Source: Hyphochytrium catenoides (lineage: Eukaryota > Protista > Hyphochytriomycota). From it: a stretch of 64,000 bases of DNA. Positions 11,763-28,054 of this stretch are shown in pieces. Both the position numbers and the translations under genes were made by a program. The notes below the pieces were generated by a model. The model searched no databases. It was not told the DNA's origin and worked only from the letters and a program-made list of their open reading frames with translations. Location of the stretch: positions 1-64,000 of the forward strand of contig FLMG01003815.1 in NCBI GenBank assembly GCA_900088475.1, read 5' to 3'. Each line of letters begins with the position of its first letter. Position 1 is the first letter of the stretch.

Positions 11763-13806
11763 ATGGCGCAGCTTTTAGCGGTCGCCGGTCACTCTGCCTG
11801 GCCAATTTTACTGACCAGCTCTTCGACAGCGGATCCCTTCTCTGGCTCCCAACTCTCTGACCAAGATGCCGAAAAGCTTTCAAAAGAGGCAGTCGAGGCG
11901 TACAACGAAGGAAATTTCCAGCAAGCAGCGCTAGCCTACACAGAGGTGCTGGGCCACAGGCCACAGGACCCTGACACAAACTACAACCTTGGTGTTCTGC
12001 TCCATACGTTAGGTTAGCGGCTGAAGCAGCTGCTATGCTCACATCTTCCTAATCATCTCCCTATTTCTTCTCTTACGTGAATTCCTCTCTTACATTAAGC
12101 TTGCGTGCTTATTGCTTCCTACTGGCCTGTTCGTGTGTTCAGGGCAGTCCTATTGCCCATTTCGCTTCACTGTCATAAAAAGAGTTGCTTATGCATCGCC
12201 TCTCCTGACATTCCTGGACTCCTCTCACGTATCCTCCACGGCACCTTTCCAGGACTTAGTCGGTTGGCTGTGCGGTACATCATACGTGTGGTTGAGCAAA
12301 CTCCTGATGACGCCACAGCACACTCGGTGCTAAAGTAAGTCCAAAGTTATCTACCGCATTGGTGTCTCCTTCGCTGTTGTCTGCCGTTTGCACCGAGTCA
12401 CTCTGTCTCTTTTGTTTGTTAAACTATACAAACACCTCTGGTGAGCTCACCTTTTGACGTCCACCTGATAACTTCTTTCGATATTTGCATTGCTGGTGAA
12501 CAGGAGTGTGCTCTATCCGCTTGAGCCTGGCCTTGTCGTGGAAGAGCTGAGAGACTTAGTGAAGAGGCAACCAACCAACAAACGGGCGCTTCACGCTCTC
12601 GGAAGCTTAACAGGGCAAGCCACTAGCGTTGACCCTGATTATGTTAAACAGGCAAGTTCTGCTCTTCGACACATATACAGGTTACTAGAGAGATTGATAT
12701 GGCTGGTGCTCACCACAGGTCTTCGATGGACTCTCTGATGTGTTTGAGGAGAAGCTAGTTCAGCACTTAGGCTACAGGGTAAGAGAAGCATCTGTTGGGC
12801 TTCCCATTTTCAGAGCTCATAGTCTCGTTGCTGTGCAGGTGCCCTGGGACCTGTATGAGGAAATAAAGAAGCTGCGTCCCTCTGGCCATTATGACATTAT
12901 TGATCTTGGATGCGGTACCGGACTCTGTGGTAGTCTCTTTCGGCCTATGGCTCGCTCGCTTCTTGGGGTATGACTGTCATGGGGCAAAGCAAAAGCCCTG
13001 TCGTAGCTGACTTACCTAGCGTGGTACAGGTCGACCTATCACCCAAGATGATAGAGAAGGCCAAAGAGGGAGGTTTCTATGACGAGTTACGAGGTCAGCC
13101 GCACTATATATGGCTGCCGCTCTCCTTCGATTAGACCAGACACCAGATTTTTACTGTCTGTTGCATAGTTCAAGGCACTTTGTTGGTTCCTGATGCCTTT
13201 GATCTTGAGACAAGTATTCTCGTATCGTTTGCTGGCTTCTTACCCTCCCTTTTCTTTCATTTCTGCTCCTACACTAGTTGAAGATATCAATCATACGTTG
13301 ACGAAGCAATCGAACCAGTCCGTCGACATTATCCTAGCAGCAGATGTCTGGATCTACCTTGGGAGCTTACGCCCTATGTTTGAACTCTGTTACAAAGTGC
13401 TAAAGCCAGGAGGGCTGCTTGGATTCTCTGTCGAGGCCCAAACGGGACAAACTGAGGACTTCAGGGTGCGGAGGCTCATTTTGCCACTTGCGGATTTCCG
13501 CCGTCTCTTTTTGCCCTCCTTCCAGCCCTATTTCCCACTGTTTCTTCTATCTACCCTCAGTGTCCTCGGCTCAGCTGTGTTAATTCCGGTTCCTTCTCGC
13601 TGTCAGTACAATGTCTAATCAGTAACACTTCTGTCTCTGCTGGTCTTCAGATTCTTCCGAGCGGGAGATTCAGCCATTCCGCAAAATACATCCATGACCT
13701 CATTGCTACCCATGGCTTCCAGGAGGTAGTAGAGCAAAGTATTGTGGTCAGAAAAGAGTCAACAACGGCTCTCCCGGGCCTTCTATTTATCATAAGGAAA
13801 ATCTAG
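11763..13806 (+). CDS. TPR-containing class I SAM-dependent methyltransferase (COG4976-like); true 5' end probably further upstream
   Basis: TPR: EAYNEGNFQQAALAYTEVLGHRPQDPDTNYNLGVLLHTLG. Then YVKQ|VFDGLSDVFEEKLVQHLGYR|VP, motif I DLGCGTGLCG, GVDLSPKMIEKA, DIILAADVWIYLG, LKPGGLLGFSVE and ILPSGRFSHS. Stop TAG at 13804-13806. Confidence 0.85.
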
Positions 13807-14089
13807 TCGCGTTTACTCAGCTTCTTTTGCTCCATCACATGGGAGAAAGTGTGATTCTAAAGCCATACCCAAAAGAGGCCCTCCGCCATTAAGCATTTCT
13901 TTTGCGAGTCAGATTCTTTGTTCGAAGGGAAGGCTGCTAGCTAGCAGTAAATCTCATCCAAGCCTATGGTAGTTTGCATTCTGCATCTATATTTTCATCA
14001 TCTTTCTGATCTTACTTTGTCGGTTTAGGCAGTATACAATCAAGAAATCGGAAAGACTCGAAAGACAAAGGGCTGCAGTGTTCAAAGCT

Positions 14090-15872
14090 TTATTTCTTGG
14101 TGATGGGCTTCACCACCGGAACAGAAGGGGCTGGAGGAGGAGGCGGACGGGCAGGGACGCTCTCGTTGTACTTTAGAATCCAGGCGGCAGCCTCAACGAT
14201 GCTGTCGCAAATATAGGTGGGCTTTATGTCTGATGAAGAGATGTATTAGTCTTTTATCTACGGAGACCAATACTTCTGTAAGCTTGACTTGCCTTTGTTT
14301 GTCTCATCCACAGGACGGAATTTTCCTGTCCTAACTAGGATACCCTTCATTCCCATGAGCAGCGCTCCCTCCACGTCTTGCTTGAGATCTGCATACAGTG
14401 ACGAGAATTATGACGAATCAGAAACCCGAAGCTTGCACATGCTGTCGTCCACCTACCATCACCAATCATGACTGCGCTCTTGGGTGCACAGTTTCTGAAA
14501 AGACAGGTTGAGATCAAGCTTGGGTTAGTAGGGATTGTGATGAAGGTTTATGATAAGATAAGGCCTCACAGGTCATTCAATGCGGTCTGGAAGAAGGCGG
14601 GCTCTGGTTTCCTACACAATTAGCTGTGAGCAGGGGTTGCCGCTCCAACTTATGTCATGCACCTTGGTGGAGACGATGGAGCGATGACTGAGCGCCTAGA
14701 CATCCAACTCTTGCACCAAGTAGTGCTGCCATGACATTAATCGGCGAACGGGGAAGCAAAGGCAATAGAGAGAAAGAAAACTCCAGTTTATTGACGAACC
14801 CGGCTACAATCGCCTCCTTGTCGGTTGCGAACTCTAAGCCCGCCACGAAAGCTCCGGGTCCTAGGTATAGGCCATCCTTCTCGGCATAGTAGCGAGCCTT
14901 GTGGATGGCAATTAACTGCCCACCGCTGAGAAGGAGGCGGAATGCTTGATTTAACTAGGGAAAGGCTTTTTTAGAGTCGAATGCTGGCGCCCAACTAGAG
15001 AGCGCTATCCTGCTAAGGAGACTGTGGTCCAGATTTTCCGGGGAGTTCAGTAGTCCCCCGGCCCATACCTCCTCTTCTTTGGTTTTCTGTGCTCTTCTCA
15101 GAGTTTTGCATCGCCACTTTCGATCCTTCCACAACCCAACTTCCCGTCCTAAACCTCTAGCCAAAGAAGGCAGTAGTACCTTTTCGTAGTGGAATTCCTG
15201 CTGCGCTAGCCCTATCACGACGGCGTTAGGGTTCTCCGTGCTGATGCCCTTGAAGTCCTCCTCCAAGTCTTTGTCTATCAGATACATGGGCCGCAACTTG
15301 CGGGTTTCCAGGATCCGGCGGGCTGCGAAAGGGGAGCTGTAGACCATTTCCTCCTTGATAAAGTCAAAACCTATGGAATTGAGATGCCGAACCTTGCAGC
15401 GAGGGTCAGCAGTTTCCGAAAGTTATTGTCAGCAAGAAAAATAAGCGAATGAGGAAGGGTGGAGGTGAGCAACAGAACGAGGAAAGTGCGGACCGAATAG
15501 GGTCTCAGGATGACCGCTAAAGGCTGTCCGTTCACTATCCAGTTCAATGGCCAGTACCTCACCTACCAAGGACTTCCTAGACATCTTGGTTGTGTTGGTC
15601 ACTGCAGCGTAGAAGGTGATCAAGGGTTATCAGCCGGAGCCCATTCTAATGGCGACTATCGGAATTATCCCTTACCATAGCGAACCTGGAGCCCACTACT
15701 CTCTAGTCTTTTCAGTGCTTCAGCCGCTCCAACTATCGCGCTATCACCAACATGAATTGTGCCTGCGGTACTCCTTAGCTTTTCATTGATGGGCACGCTC
15801 TACCGTAAACCTACCGCTGAGGTCAACTAGGACGGCCTTTACTCTAGACTGAACAGCTGAAAGGGCAGCCAT
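14090..15872 (-). CDS. HDHD2: HAD-superfamily IIA hydrolase, HDHD2/LHPP-like (multi-exon)
   Basis: [20 protein letters not shown]|[67 protein letters not shown]. Confidence 0.9.
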
Positions 15873-16693
15873 CACTGCCGCTGCATGCACTCCCAGCGCG
15901 GCTACTATCTACTCTGTGGAGAGAGTGTATTTGCAACAGCCAAGTGGACTTTCCTGCGACAGGGCGAGCGTTGATAGGGTGGGAGGGGTTGAGAAGCGAC
16001 CGAGCCAGCTCTTGCTATTATCTGCTTATTCACTCCTCGAACTCATGGTAGGCAGCGATTCCTTAGACGCGTGGTCACAACGGAAAGGTGGTCAATGCCC
16101 GCTCTCTCTAGGCCGGCGAGTCTTCTATCCAAGAGGCTGGCAGTCAAACGAGAAGACCAAGAGCAAGTGACTTCCTTCCGAACAACAAACAAAAATTGAT
16201 CTTGTGCGGCGCTTGAAGCAGCTGTGGAAGATTATTTGAGAGATACTTACAGACACGGCTCCGAGGGGATCTCTGTAGGCTTGCCCAAAAATGATAACCA
16301 CCAGCTCTGGGGGATGTCTGGAGCATTGCTCTTGTAGACATCAAAAGTAGTAGTACCGTGTCCTAAGCCCTCGTATCCGAATATAAGGACATGATAATAG
16401 TGCCGCCGATGCGAAGCAGCGTGATGTTGGTGTTATTGGTGGAGACCGAGGGTCTGAGAGTGCTCCTTTCTGAAGCTTTCTGAAGCTTTCGGCAGCAACT
16501 CAGCTTCAGTTTGAGTCGCTCTCAGGTCACGTGTCAAGAGCTTAGCCTCGCTTCTTCTCCATCTGTGCATCACTCCGCCGGGGCTTCCTCGTTGTTGAGT
16601 CACTTATAAGAACTCGGCTTCACGCGTCCAGACCAGTGAGCTGCGCGGACCCTAGTTTCTAGAGGGAGGAGGAGTGAACGCACGCTGGCAAGC

Positions 16694-19600
16694 ATGGCAA
16701 GGGCTACGAAGAACATAGGAGCGGCAAAGAAGCTGAATGGGAAGAAGAAGATGGAAGAGAGCTCTTCCCAGCAGCCAGAGAAGGCAGATAAGGAGCTTGC
16801 TAGCGACGAGATTGATGAGGCAGCAAACAGCGAAGAAGAGGAGGTGTCACAGAATGGCGACGTGAGCGCCGACAAGGGAGACGGAGAAGACAGTGCCGCA
16901 GAGGAGGATGCCTCAAGTGGAGATGATGACGGAGAAGACGATTCAGAAGATGACAGCGATGACTTTGAGGATCAAGGCTCATCATCTGATGAAGAGGATG
17001 GAGACACTGCCGACGGGGATGAAAGTGAGGAGGAAGACGAAACTGCAAGGCTAGCGCAGGCAGAGATACAACGCCGACGCAAGCTCAACTTTGAGAGAGA
17101 AAAGATGCTGCAGAGCATGAAGAAAGATGGCTCCTTAGATAAAGCAAAGATGCTGCACGTGGACGATCTGTCCTCCGATGACGAGGCTCCTCACAACACG
17201 ATCGGTAACGTGCCGCTGCGGTGGTATGACGAATATGACCACATTGGCTACGACGTGTCTGGCAAGAAGATTGTGAAGAAGGCACAGACCGGAGGAGACA
17301 CTATTGATGCCGTCATTGCTGCTCGAGATGACCCGAACTTTAGGTCAGGAAGGGATAGCAAACTTCCTTTTTACCAGCTCTTACCGCTGCGAAGTGCTAA
17401 CGCGCGATCTGGAAGGGCATTATCTAAGTCTAACCTGGCTCTGTTTCTTTCTATTCTTCTTTCCTACTCAGGCGCACTGTCTATGACGCGTATAATGACC
17501 GGGAAGTCGTCCTCTCTAATCGGGACCTGGAGATTATTCGTCGCATCCAGAGTGGGAGCTTCGCACATCCTGAGTTCGATGCCCACCCGGTAAGGCTCGA
17601 TATTTAAGAGAGGAACAAGCCCACTAGCTCAATTTGCGCTTGACCTTCCTCCCCTTCTTTCTTTCTTCAGTCAGACATCCTCTTTCCATCCTTGGACTTA
17701 CGACTAACACTGGTCTGGCTGCATCTCTCTTCGTGTGCAACGTAATCCAGGAATATGTCGATTATTACACTTCAAAGGTAGAGCAGCACCCACTGAGCAA
17801 TGCGCCAGAACCCAAACGACGATTTCTGCCATCTAAATGGGAGGTAAGTTTTGGTCACTGGTCCAACATATGGAGGTGTTAGTGACATGACGGTCGCTCT
17901 GCTCGGCGTAGGCCATGCGTATTGCGAAGATTGCTAAGGCAATTGAGGAGGGCCGTATAAAGCTAGGTAGCACCCTTTCCTTTGCGATTGGCCCTGTAAA
18001 CATGCCTCCCCCCATCTATAGCTGTCCAGTGCTTGCCAGCAATATGTGCAGCTCTAGCACTTTTTAATGGTGCTTACTCGCTCTCCTTGGACGACTGAAT
18101 AGATAAAGACCAGGACAAGAAGCCAGAGGTCTACATGCTCTGGAAGGCTGATGATGAACCAGACATGAGGCGCGGACCTGTCCATATCCCTGCCCCGAAA
18201 ATGGCTCTACCAGGTAGGCTGCCTAAACGGAAGCGGCACACAGGGGATACAAGAAGACTATCAATAGTTATTGACCTCTTCTCTCTGTCCAGGACATGCT
18301 GAGTCATATAACCCGCCGGAAGAATACCTCCTCACAGAGGAAGAGCAAAAAGCATGGTGAGGGCGGATGTTTGTGTGTTCAGATAGGGCAATGCATAAGC
18401 TGACACTGTAAGCAGGGAAGAGATGGACCCAGAAGACCGGGAACTCAACTTTATCCCCAGAAAGTTCAAATCCTTCAGAGAAGTATGCGGCTATGAAGGT
18501 TTCGTCAAAGAGAGATTCGAGCGCTGTCTTGATCTGTAAGTCCCTGATCTGTAGATGCGTCTAAGATGCTTGGAAACCTCACAAACCCTTACTGCTGTCG
18601 CTTCTCCGCAGATATCTCTGTCCGCGATCCATGAAGAGGAAATTGAATATCGATCCAGAATCTTTGGTGCCGCAGTTGCCGAAACCTCGAGACCTAAGGC
18701 CTTTCCCTACTACTCTTGGCATTATTTATTCAGGGCATACCGGCAGAGTTCGTTCCATCTCAGTTTGTCCAGATGGGCAGTATCTCGTTTCAGGCTCAGA
18801 TGATCAGACGTCAGTTGCTCTCGTTTAGATCTATAAGGCTTGGTGACCGATGCTTACTTTCCCACCCACCTCTTCCTCCTCTTCCTTTGTCCTTCGCTCC
18901 AGCGTTAGGATCTGGGAAATTGACACTGGCAGATTGCTTCAGACATGGCATGTGGACGCTGTCGTACACCAAGTGGCGTGGAATCCTAATCCGGACCATC
19001 AAGTCGTCGCTGTTGCCGCAGGGTCAAGGTATGAGCAGTGATTTGTCCTTCACGTCTTACACCCACCTGGTTACGATGCCGCATTGGCCCGACGGTTGGG
19101 TTGCGACTTCTTGGGCAGGTAGTTGACTTTACGTCTTGCCTTGCGACAGGGTTCTTTTGCTAGCCACTGGCACTGGGAGTGGCGACCAGACAGATGTTAC
19201 AAACGCGTTACTCGGCGGACTTGGTGACCATGAGGCTGAAGAGGTACGAGACTACTGACTGCCTTGTCCATCCAAGCGCCCCAACCTTTTGACAAGGATG
19301 ACACAGGCTAGCGGCGAGAACGGAGAGACAAGCCAGGAAGAGAAGTCTGTACGATGGGCGACTTTAGGTCAAAAGAATGCCATCAAGAAGGAGAGTCATG
19401 GCGCTGCGGTCTGGTGGGCCTCTCGTCCGGGTTCTGGAGCCAGGTTGGAGCTTGTTCATGCCGCTGAGGTCAAGATGGTCACATGGCATCGGAAAGGCGA
19501 CTACTTGGCCTCTTGCTCCCCAAGCTCAAGCAGCATGGGAGTTTATATCCATCAGATTTCAAAACGTAAGACGCAGATTCCCTTTCGCAAGAACTATGGT

Positions 19601-20517
19601 CAGGTGCAGAGCGTTTCCTTTCACCCGTCCAAGCCCTTCTTCTTCTTGGTCACGCAGAGGAACGTTAGAATCTACAATCTGGTCAAGCAAGCTTTGGTAT
19701 GTCGGCTCCCACAGGCCCCCTCGATACGACCCTCTTTCTTTTCCTTATAACAGATCGCTCTTTTAATGTTTACTTGTGGACTCTCTTCCCTCTTTATTGC
19801 GCAAGTGGTAGTGTCTGCACGTGACAATCATGTATCAACTCCCCTCTACCACTGGTCACATTTGTCAGGCTATTGTTCATCAGCTCTCATATACTCTTCT
19901 TTACAGACGAAAAAGCTAAACTCAGGAGCTAAGTGGATCTCAAGCCTTGCTGTCCATCCATCTGGAGACCATCTCATTGTAGGCAGCTACGACCGGCGTG
20001 TCTGTTGGTTTGACCTGGATCTGTCGTCTCTGCCTTTCAAGACCTTAAAATATCATGAGAAGGCGGTCCGTTCTGTGGCCTATCATCCCCACTATCCTCT
20101 AATGGCGTCGGCCTCGGACGACGGGACTGTCCACATTTTCCACGCCATGGTCTATTCGTAAGTCCTCTCCCAATTTTGAAAGTTAGGCCTCTCTCAGTGA
20201 CAGGGGCACTGCCCTGTAGGGATCTGTTGAAGAATCCGCTGATTGTGCCCCTGAAGATATTAAGAGGGCACGACGTCACGGGAGGCGTAGGCGTGATGTG
20301 TGTTGCCTTTCATCCCACCCAGGTTAGCACCTCTATACACCTTCTCCCTTTCCAGTCTCTACTCTTCTTCCCCACGTACCTTCTGCCTTTGTCGCTTTCG
20401 GGTCGATTCTGTAACCGCATTCGTGAGCCATTTTCTTTAACTGTCCTTTTACCTCAGCCTTGGGTCATCAGTGGCGGCGCCGATGGGAGCATACGCTTGT
20501 TCCAGAATATTCACTAG
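16694..20517 (+). CDS. BOP1: Ribosome biogenesis protein BOP1/Erb1 (BOP1NT + WD40), multi-exon
   Basis: Acidic N-terminus, [79 protein letters not shown], and WD40 repeats ending [12 protein letters not shown]...[19 protein letters not shown]. Confidence 0.97.
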
Positions 20518-21131
20518 CGGGAGCGGGATCACGCACAATGTACCATAGAGTTGAGGGCTATCTATGCAAGAGCTTGCCGATGTGGTGCTGACTGCAAGGC
20601 GGGAAGCCGCTTCTGATAGCTATAGCTTCGATAAAGGCTCCATACGGCTTATAAAAAGGCTGGAAAACTTCTATTTCTATTACGCTGTTATCCCTCTCCA
20701 CAGACTCCTAGCACAGCAGCGTCTACTGGGAGGTTCAACTAAAGTCAATGTACGCCCTAGAGGAGTTCCCCGTTTGTCTGTTTCTCATTCGCCGCTGAAA
20801 AGGCGCTAATAGTCCCTGAAGCCAACCTAGAACAAACACCCTTGAGTCTCTCCTCCCGCTTACTTGATATATCCCTCTCCTCCTCAAGAAGGAACCCTTT
20901 GGCAACAAGAAACAGCACATGGACAAAATGCTGAAGCTAACCGAAAGCTGGTAGTTGTATCAAGTTCAGGTTGTTCGCTCTGCCAGCGATAATTAATTAG
21001 AGAATAAGGGTACAGAGGGAACAGGAGAATGGCAGGCAGAGCACTACGCCTAAAAGAACACGAGGACACCGCAGAGACAGATCAAAGAACGATTAAGGAG
21101 AGGATACGGAGCTCTAGAATGGAGGAAATGC

Positions 21132-23140
21132 TCAGTAGAACTCGCCCACATCCTTTGAAGTCTGGGATTTCTTTTTGTAAAGCCGTCCAATTGTGCCAGA
21201 GTATAGCGACACAGGGGCTGAGTAGATTGCTCCTGCCGCCCATGCCGCGTAGGACTTTTTGGCCTTCTTGGTAGCGTCGTTCTTACTGGTTTCCTGTTCA
21301 GGTGCGTTATTGGATGGTGACTGGTTCTCTTTGGGCTTCATTGCCGCTAGATCCTCTGCCTCGTAAATGGTTCCTGCCTGAGGTTCACCGCTTTCATCTA
21401 GTAGGGAGATGGTGTTCGCGCCCTCACTCTTTTGCTTTGTCTTGGAACCGTAGAAGACCATGGTTGGATGGGGTAACGACTAATGCGCCGCGTCTCTGTA
21501 TGTAGATCGATGATTGATGTGGAGATCCAAACGGCCTTGAAACCGCTGCAAACGACGGCAAGTATTTTTCTCTTCCAAAGCTCGCCAAGTCTTTCAGTCA
21601 ATGCTGTCCTCGTAGATGGAGCTGAGACCGAAGTAGTCGATAAAAGTTCAAGGAGCTTCACCTTTACAGCAGAGAAGAAGAAGTCACAATCAAACCGCGA
21701 GTTTGGCAATGGTGGTTTTTTTTAGACTAAGCAGTCTCTGGGAAGAGCTCTGTCTGACCTCTGGGAGTCTGCGGGAATTGCAGTTCTGTGCCCTTCTCCA
21801 GCTCGACAAGGGTTTGCTGGATCAGAGGTCGGACAAGTCAAAGGGACGGGCTTGGTGTTCAGCCTCATGACGCAGCATTGAGAGGCTTTCTCTGCCTCCG
21901 CTCCCGCTCGCCTGTTTGCTGCTTCGCCTTGTGATGATGGATCTTCTTCTTCTCTGTGTCGTCTCATATCTCTTCTCGGTCTGACTCTCCCGATCAGGGT
22001 TGTTTCTTAGGACTTTGTTTCTGATATATCTTCTGTCTGGTTCTGGAGGGGGTTTGTGTTAGTAGGGGTAGATCCTCCTGTAGCTGGCTTGACTTCTCCG
22101 ACTCTCTCTCTCCACTCCTCTCTGTCTCTCGCACTGGCCTTTCCTTTTCCCGTTCTGTCTCATGGTGTATAGAGGACTTATTCTATGTCTCGCTCTCTCT
22201 CTGTCTCTCTCCTCCTCCCTTGGTACTACAACTGGAGGGAAGGGGGCCAGTGAGGGAGTGACTCTTCCACTCACACTCTCCTTGAATAAAAGCAAAAGGG
22301 CAAAGGAGGCCAGCCATTTTGAAGGATTCATGAAATGAAACATTCAGAATAGGTTTCCCGGTGAGTTTGCTGGAAGGTAATCCTTGAGTCTCCACTGATA
22401 GAACTAGATAAACTAATACACAAAATGGGCCAGGTCAGGAGCGCCTACGAATAACATTGTGTTTTTTTTGTTTCATTGTGAAAGTTACGCCGAGGTTCTT
22501 TCCGCATCAGATTGTTCTTACAGATGACAGGAGGGAATGTCCTGAGGGGCTAACCCGCAAACGTCGTATTTAATCTCAATTAGGCTAGTTCATTATAACC
22601 TCAGTAGTCCTCTCAAAGAGCTGTTTCAATAAATCCTTTTGTACGCCCTCCTGCTCTCTACCTATTGTCGTATTTCGGTCCAGTCGCCATAGAGAGCCGC
22701 CGCAAACTAGAACTGTCTCAAGTCTTCCCAGGCTTGTTTCCTGTCTTTTTGAGTGCAGAATATACAGCGTTGGAAGGGAAGGAGGGCGAGAGAGACGATG
22801 GAGGTTCTGTCTCGTCTGAGGCACGGCTATTACTGCTTTCAGGCCCTTTCCTTTGGACATCAGCAAGTGGTTCTTCAGATAGGGAGACAGGGTCCTGAGT
22901 TCGCCATAGAGTTCCAAGATTGGCCGGCGGCCCGTAATGATGAGGCTGCCTGTAGAGAAGTGATAGAAGCTGATGAGGGGACTCGTGGTCATTAGCAATG
23001 GGCAATAGGGATGCTGAAGCCGCGGCAAAGCGAGTAGTAGAACAGCTGGTAGAACTCGAGCACTAGAAGCTTCCTGTTGAGAGTGTGGGCAGAGTTTAGG
23101 ATGCAAGCAGTCTGTTGAGAGTGTTGGCAGAGTTTATCCT
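21132..23140 (-). pseudogene. Probable decayed or fragmented coding sequence(s), including a signal-peptide-like start
   Basis: Short minus-strand ORFs broken by stops and frameshifts (MNPSKWLASFALLLLFKESVSG...; TFIDYFGLSSIYEDSID*KTWRAL...; MVFYGSKTKQKSEGANT...). No consistent splice model and no recognisable family. Confidence 0.3.
23074..23136. repeat. 25-bp direct repeat, 38-bp period
   Basis: ctgttgagagtgtgggcagagttta (23074) / ctgttgagagtgttggcagagttta (23112). Confidence 0.9.
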
Positions 23141-23889
23141 ATAACAAAAGGAGTGCAGGTAGCTCAATGAGGAGTGATGGTCGCTCTGTTGAGGTTGCTA
23201 CGAGTACAAGTAGCTCTTTCCTGGCATCATCTGTGAGGAAGTGAGAAAGGAGGTATGCAGAGATGATGGGATAATAGTACTGGTAGGTTGAAGCTTTTAC
23301 CGTCGATATGCTCCATCAGTTCTACCATTTCTCAAAAGGCAACGGTTGTGATTAGTGACAGCTAGCTAAGAAATAACCGACAAAATAGCACTCTTCTTGT
23401 GGCTCTCTGCTGGAGGTATGTGAATCTTCACTCTCTTCCCCTCAGGCCTTTCTTTCAGCAAAGTGGCTGCTCCTAGGCAGCACAGCTGTGACTACAGTCG
23501 CTGCCGGAATAGCGCCTTCCTTTGTTATCTTAGTAAGAAGATTGATCAGGAGGCAAAGCAGATAATAACAATTGTTGAACCAGGCAGTGTCATCTTAGGT
23601 TAAGCCTTAGCTAGAGCTAATAATAAGTGTCGGCGCTGTCGAAAGTAGTTGCAGCTCCTTTTGCTCGTCGACGATCAGTCCTGGTGAAGTCAATCCATAG
23701 GCTGGACAGCCAGGATCCCAAGACTTTCCTTCCAAGGTTTGGAATAGCAAAAGGTGTATCTGTTATTGGCTCCTGTCATTATCCCCAGACTTGGCGCCCA
23801 AATGGTAAAGCAATGTGGACCGGTGGGCCAAACTACGCGTTTTCGACAGAATCTAGAAGGGTAGGGCTAAATGCCAAGACCTTCACCCA

Positions 23890-26955
<3,066 letters not shown>

Positions 26956-28054
26956 CTAGTACGCTCACGAGAAGAACAATGACTAATGGAGCCTGATCTC
27001 CTTGATGAACCACTGGACAAGAAAGAGACAAGTAAATCGACGTACAACGGCGCCCAGCGGAGCAATAGTAGAAGATGGGAGAGGCGTAAGACCCGATAAG
27101 CTCTACCGTCGCTGCGGATGAGGCAGTCAATCGCTCCCTTCTTAGCTCTGCGCCATCCACCGACCACGAACCACATCTTCTCTTCTTCTCTGTTAGATTA
27201 CCTTTATGCACTGAAAGAAGGCTGACACAATCAACAAAAATGCTTTGTATATTGACGCTCATGTGTCAAAATGAAGTGATCCTCCGCCTGTTCTTCCAGT
27301 TCTTCCTCTGTACCAAGCAGTCCCAAACTTGACAAATGGTAGTTTGATGCCTCGATACTTGACAGGATGTCAATTCACGGCTGTTTGTGGACTGAAGAGA
27401 CAGTCTTTCAGAAGACTTGTAAGAAGAAGTCAGGTGAACAGCTCCGTGGACCTTGTGTAATGATGGCGGTTAGCGGTCTCTGCCGCTGTTAGCGTGCTTT
27501 CAAACTTCAAAAAGAGGACAGAGACTCTTATTATTATTATTGGGTGATCCGCTTTCTCCTGCAACCACACCTTTATCGAGCTCTTCTCTGTAGCGATCTC
27601 TTGAGATCTGTGGAAGGCGCAGTCTTCTTCTTCAATGCTCCACCTTCCATATTGCGGCCTGAAAGTCTACTACAGATATCCCAAGGACCTAAGATACTCT
27701 GTCAGACCACACTGTCCTTCCTTCTACCAACGGCCATCCGTTATGCCAGTGGCTCTGTAGAGAGTAAGCATTAAGTAGAATCCATAAAGAACTGCCAGAC
27801 TACTGCGCCTCTTGCGGGCAGTGCACACAACTTGCTGGCATAGTGTTAGGCGAACTGTAACACAACTCGGCGACCCTGCGATTTTAGCTTCTACCGATAC
27901 CACAAGGCGGGGCTCTAATCCGGGGTGGGGATAATGACAACAGAGAGTAGCAATCCGGTAAGCGTCCTCTTCATGACCCCAAGGAAGCAATTCCGCATTT
28001 CCAAACTCCAAGCCTTACCGTCCCTATATTATCTCCACAACTCTATAGGAGGAG

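Noticed and set aside
16466-16491. ctttctgaagctttctgaagctttc as a heat-shock element in the HDHD2/BOP1 divergent promoter
   Set aside because: The GAA/TTC spacing (1 and 3 nt) does not fit nGAAnnTTCn. It is just a 10-bp tandem repeat.
23074-23136. CRISPR-like repeat-spacer pattern
   Set aside because: Only two copies with a 13-bp spacer, in a eukaryotic context with no cas genes.
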